NCBI RefSeq assembly: GCF_032062105.1
Contig: NW_026938995.1
Coordinates: 124,001 to 188,000 of the forward strand
Direction of reading: 5' to 3'
DNA: 64,000 bases
Origin: Saccostrea cucullata
Lineage: Eukaryota
Positions 62,097 to 64,000 of this stretch are shown piece by piece; positions within the stretch are counted from its first letter, which is position 1; each line of letters begins with the position of its first letter. The notes under the pieces are model-generated. The model had not been told where the DNA came from. It ran no database searches and saw nothing but the letters and a program-made list of their open reading frames with translations. A program made the position numbers and the translations under genes.

Positions 62097-62579
62097 TTAT
62101 TTTTTACTTTGTAACTGTTCTTTTAGTTGTGCTTGTTTACTGTAAGTTCTTTTCATATTGGTATCCACAATTTCCATTGCTGACGTATTGGTCCTTTGGG
62201 ATTGGAGGTTTTTATTCCTGTCGGTAAAGTTGCTACCAGCACCCTTGCGTTCCTCTTTAATACTAGTAAGAAATCTAATTTTCTGCGACTCAGTAAAATG
62301 ACTGTCAATGCCATTGGTTCTTTTCACCGGAAAATCCAAACTCCTTGTTGTTGAAGCTTTTGGAAATTCTCTCAGAATTTTCGACTTCTGGAATTGCCTT
62401 TTACAGGTATCTCCCACCAAAGGTTTATATTCAATCGGCGCAAACGACGCGTATTCATCAGAAATTGTGGGGGATTTGGGAATGTTTGGAAGTTTTGGAT
62501 ACGGGAATAAAACCAGTGATCTCTGATATACTTCATGGTCACTGAAACAATCCCAGATGGAATTTGTTGATGGCTTCAT
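62097..62579 (-). CDS. Putative uncharacterised 160-aa protein (single coding exon after an acceptor at ~62608)
   Basis: Long ATG-initiated ORF in AT-rich DNA, preceded by a good acceptor (CTTTTTATCAG|GTACC) and context GAAACATGA. No recognisable domain. Confidence 0.4.
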   Translation of the reverse strand: MKPSTNSIWDCFSDHEVYQRSLVLFPYPKLPNIPKSPTISDEYASFAPIEYKPLVGDTCKRQFQKSKILREFPKASTTRSLDFPVKRTNGIDSHFTESQKIRFLTSIKEERKGAGSNFTDRNKNLQSQRTNTSAMEIVDTNMKRTYSKQAQLKEQLQSKK

Positions 62580-62839
62580 GTTTCAATAAATCAACACGCA
62601 GTGGTACCTGATAAAAAGATTCCAAATATCTAACCACTATGGAGCAAAATTCATATGTTCCAAATGTTCCACAATTAAGCTGGTTTCATGGCATTTTCAG
62701 TATAAAAAGGAATGGTCCGTTCTTGTTGTTTATGACTGGTCAGTGCAAACAAAGAATAAGTAGCTTAAAATTGACCAATGACAGATTAAATATGTTAATC
62801 TGGAGCTGTTTATGTAATACATATATTAAGTCAATTACA

Positions 62840-64000
62840 AAGATTTATGCCGTCGTCCTGATTCATTTAAATGTAAGATTTTACGACTTGATTCTCGTTG
62901 TACGCTTAATTATCGATAAGATTGTTAATAGAGTAACACAATACATAAAACATTTATGTATTAACCATTATAAATTAACAGGGATTGATGGTCCACTCCT
63001 ATTCTGCAATTATTTTGGTCTTAAATGTTTCGGATAAGGTTTGTTAAAATAACGATGCTTTTTTGTAACTTCTACATACATGTATTGATTTTGCAGATGA
63101 AGTTTTAGTTATTGAATCGCCCAGGTCATTCCTTAATGTTAATCTGATAACATTTTGACTGGAATCTTTATGCACTAAATTAAAATTTCTCTTTCGTCTA
63201 GCTTAACTGATAACCAGACTGAGGCAATAATTAATTACACATATCATTCTTTGTAATTTTTCTCGATAGAGGAAAATTTAATTTTTGAATTTTTATTTAT
63301 ACTAGAGGTGTAAACATGAGGTTTAAAGTCTACGCAGTGTTTTATACACCAGTTTATTAGATATGCATGTAACAATGTTGATGACATACCTTTTTAATTA
63401 AACACTTAAAATAATAGATTTGACAATGAATGTGCAATTTTGCTGAACTCAAAAGGTCAAAAAAGTGTCCAAGGTCATATTCAAAGTACTTCAATATCCG
63501 ATTAAGAACATTTTTCACATAAACTAAAAATCTACATGCATAAAAAAGATGCTCAGACGGAAAATTTGAGAAGCTCGGTAATGTGAACAAGTATATATAC
63601 AATGTAATGTCCTGATTAACGATTCTAAATTTAAGATTTTACAACTTGATTCTAGTTGTACACTTAATTATCGATAAGATTGTCAACAGAGTTACACAAT
63701 ACATAAAACATTTATGTATTAAGCATTAAAAAATAACAGGGGTTGATAGTCAACTCTTATTCTGCAATTATTTTGGTCTTAAATGTCCGGATAAGGTTTG
63801 GTTTTAACGATGCAATGTTTATTTACGTCTATAGAGTGATTTTTCAGATGAAGTTTTAGTTATTAAATCGATAAGGTTATTCCTTAACGTTCGTCTGATA
63901 ACATTTGACCAGAATCTTTATGCGCTAAATAAATTCTCTAAGAATTTCTCTTTCGTCTAGTTTAACTGCTAGTCAGATTGAGACAATAATTAATTACACT
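62840..64000. repeat. Local direct duplication (~400 bp, period ~760 bp)
   Basis: 62845-63240 matches 63605-64000 (CTTAATTATCGATAAGATTGT..CACAATACATAAAACATTTATGTATTAA..TATTCTGCAATTATTTTGGTCTTAAATGT..CAGATGAAGTTTTAGTTATT). Confidence 0.85.

Overview
AT-rich, intron-rich eukaryotic DNA, most likely an oyster (Crassostrea/Magallana), judged from the ~166-bp Cg170/HindIII-type satellite and bivalve-type SINEs. From left to right: (1) a ~26-exon FHAD1 gene (+, 5846-19713). (2) Two intact tandem 9-exon paralogs (-, 23677-28984 and 32043-37123) of an uncharacterised type-I membrane protein. Each has a signal peptide, two divergent C-type-lectin-like modules, one TM helix and a long cytoplasmic tail with an ITIM-consensus motif and a CxxC-CxxC motif. 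A third copy is pseudogenised. (3) A tandem segmental duplication carrying two arylacetamide-deacetylase/NCEH1-like lipase genes, each with two candidate first exons that are damaged reciprocally. (4) A sigma-class glutathione S-transferase (+, 51727-53252). (5) A young, 5'-truncated Tx1/L1-clade non-LTR retrotransposon (-, 53636-58755) with an 11-bp TSD. Its ORF1 fuses two zinc knuckles to a complete NADAR (YbiA/DUF1768) domain. This is the strongest candidate for an undescribed system: a possible transposon-borne eraser of nucleic-acid ADP-ribosylation. The window also holds many MITEs, Penelope-like and RTE fragments, Helentron-like satellite carriers and nested tRNA-SINEs. All gene models were read by eye from splice signals and reading phase; no database searches were run.
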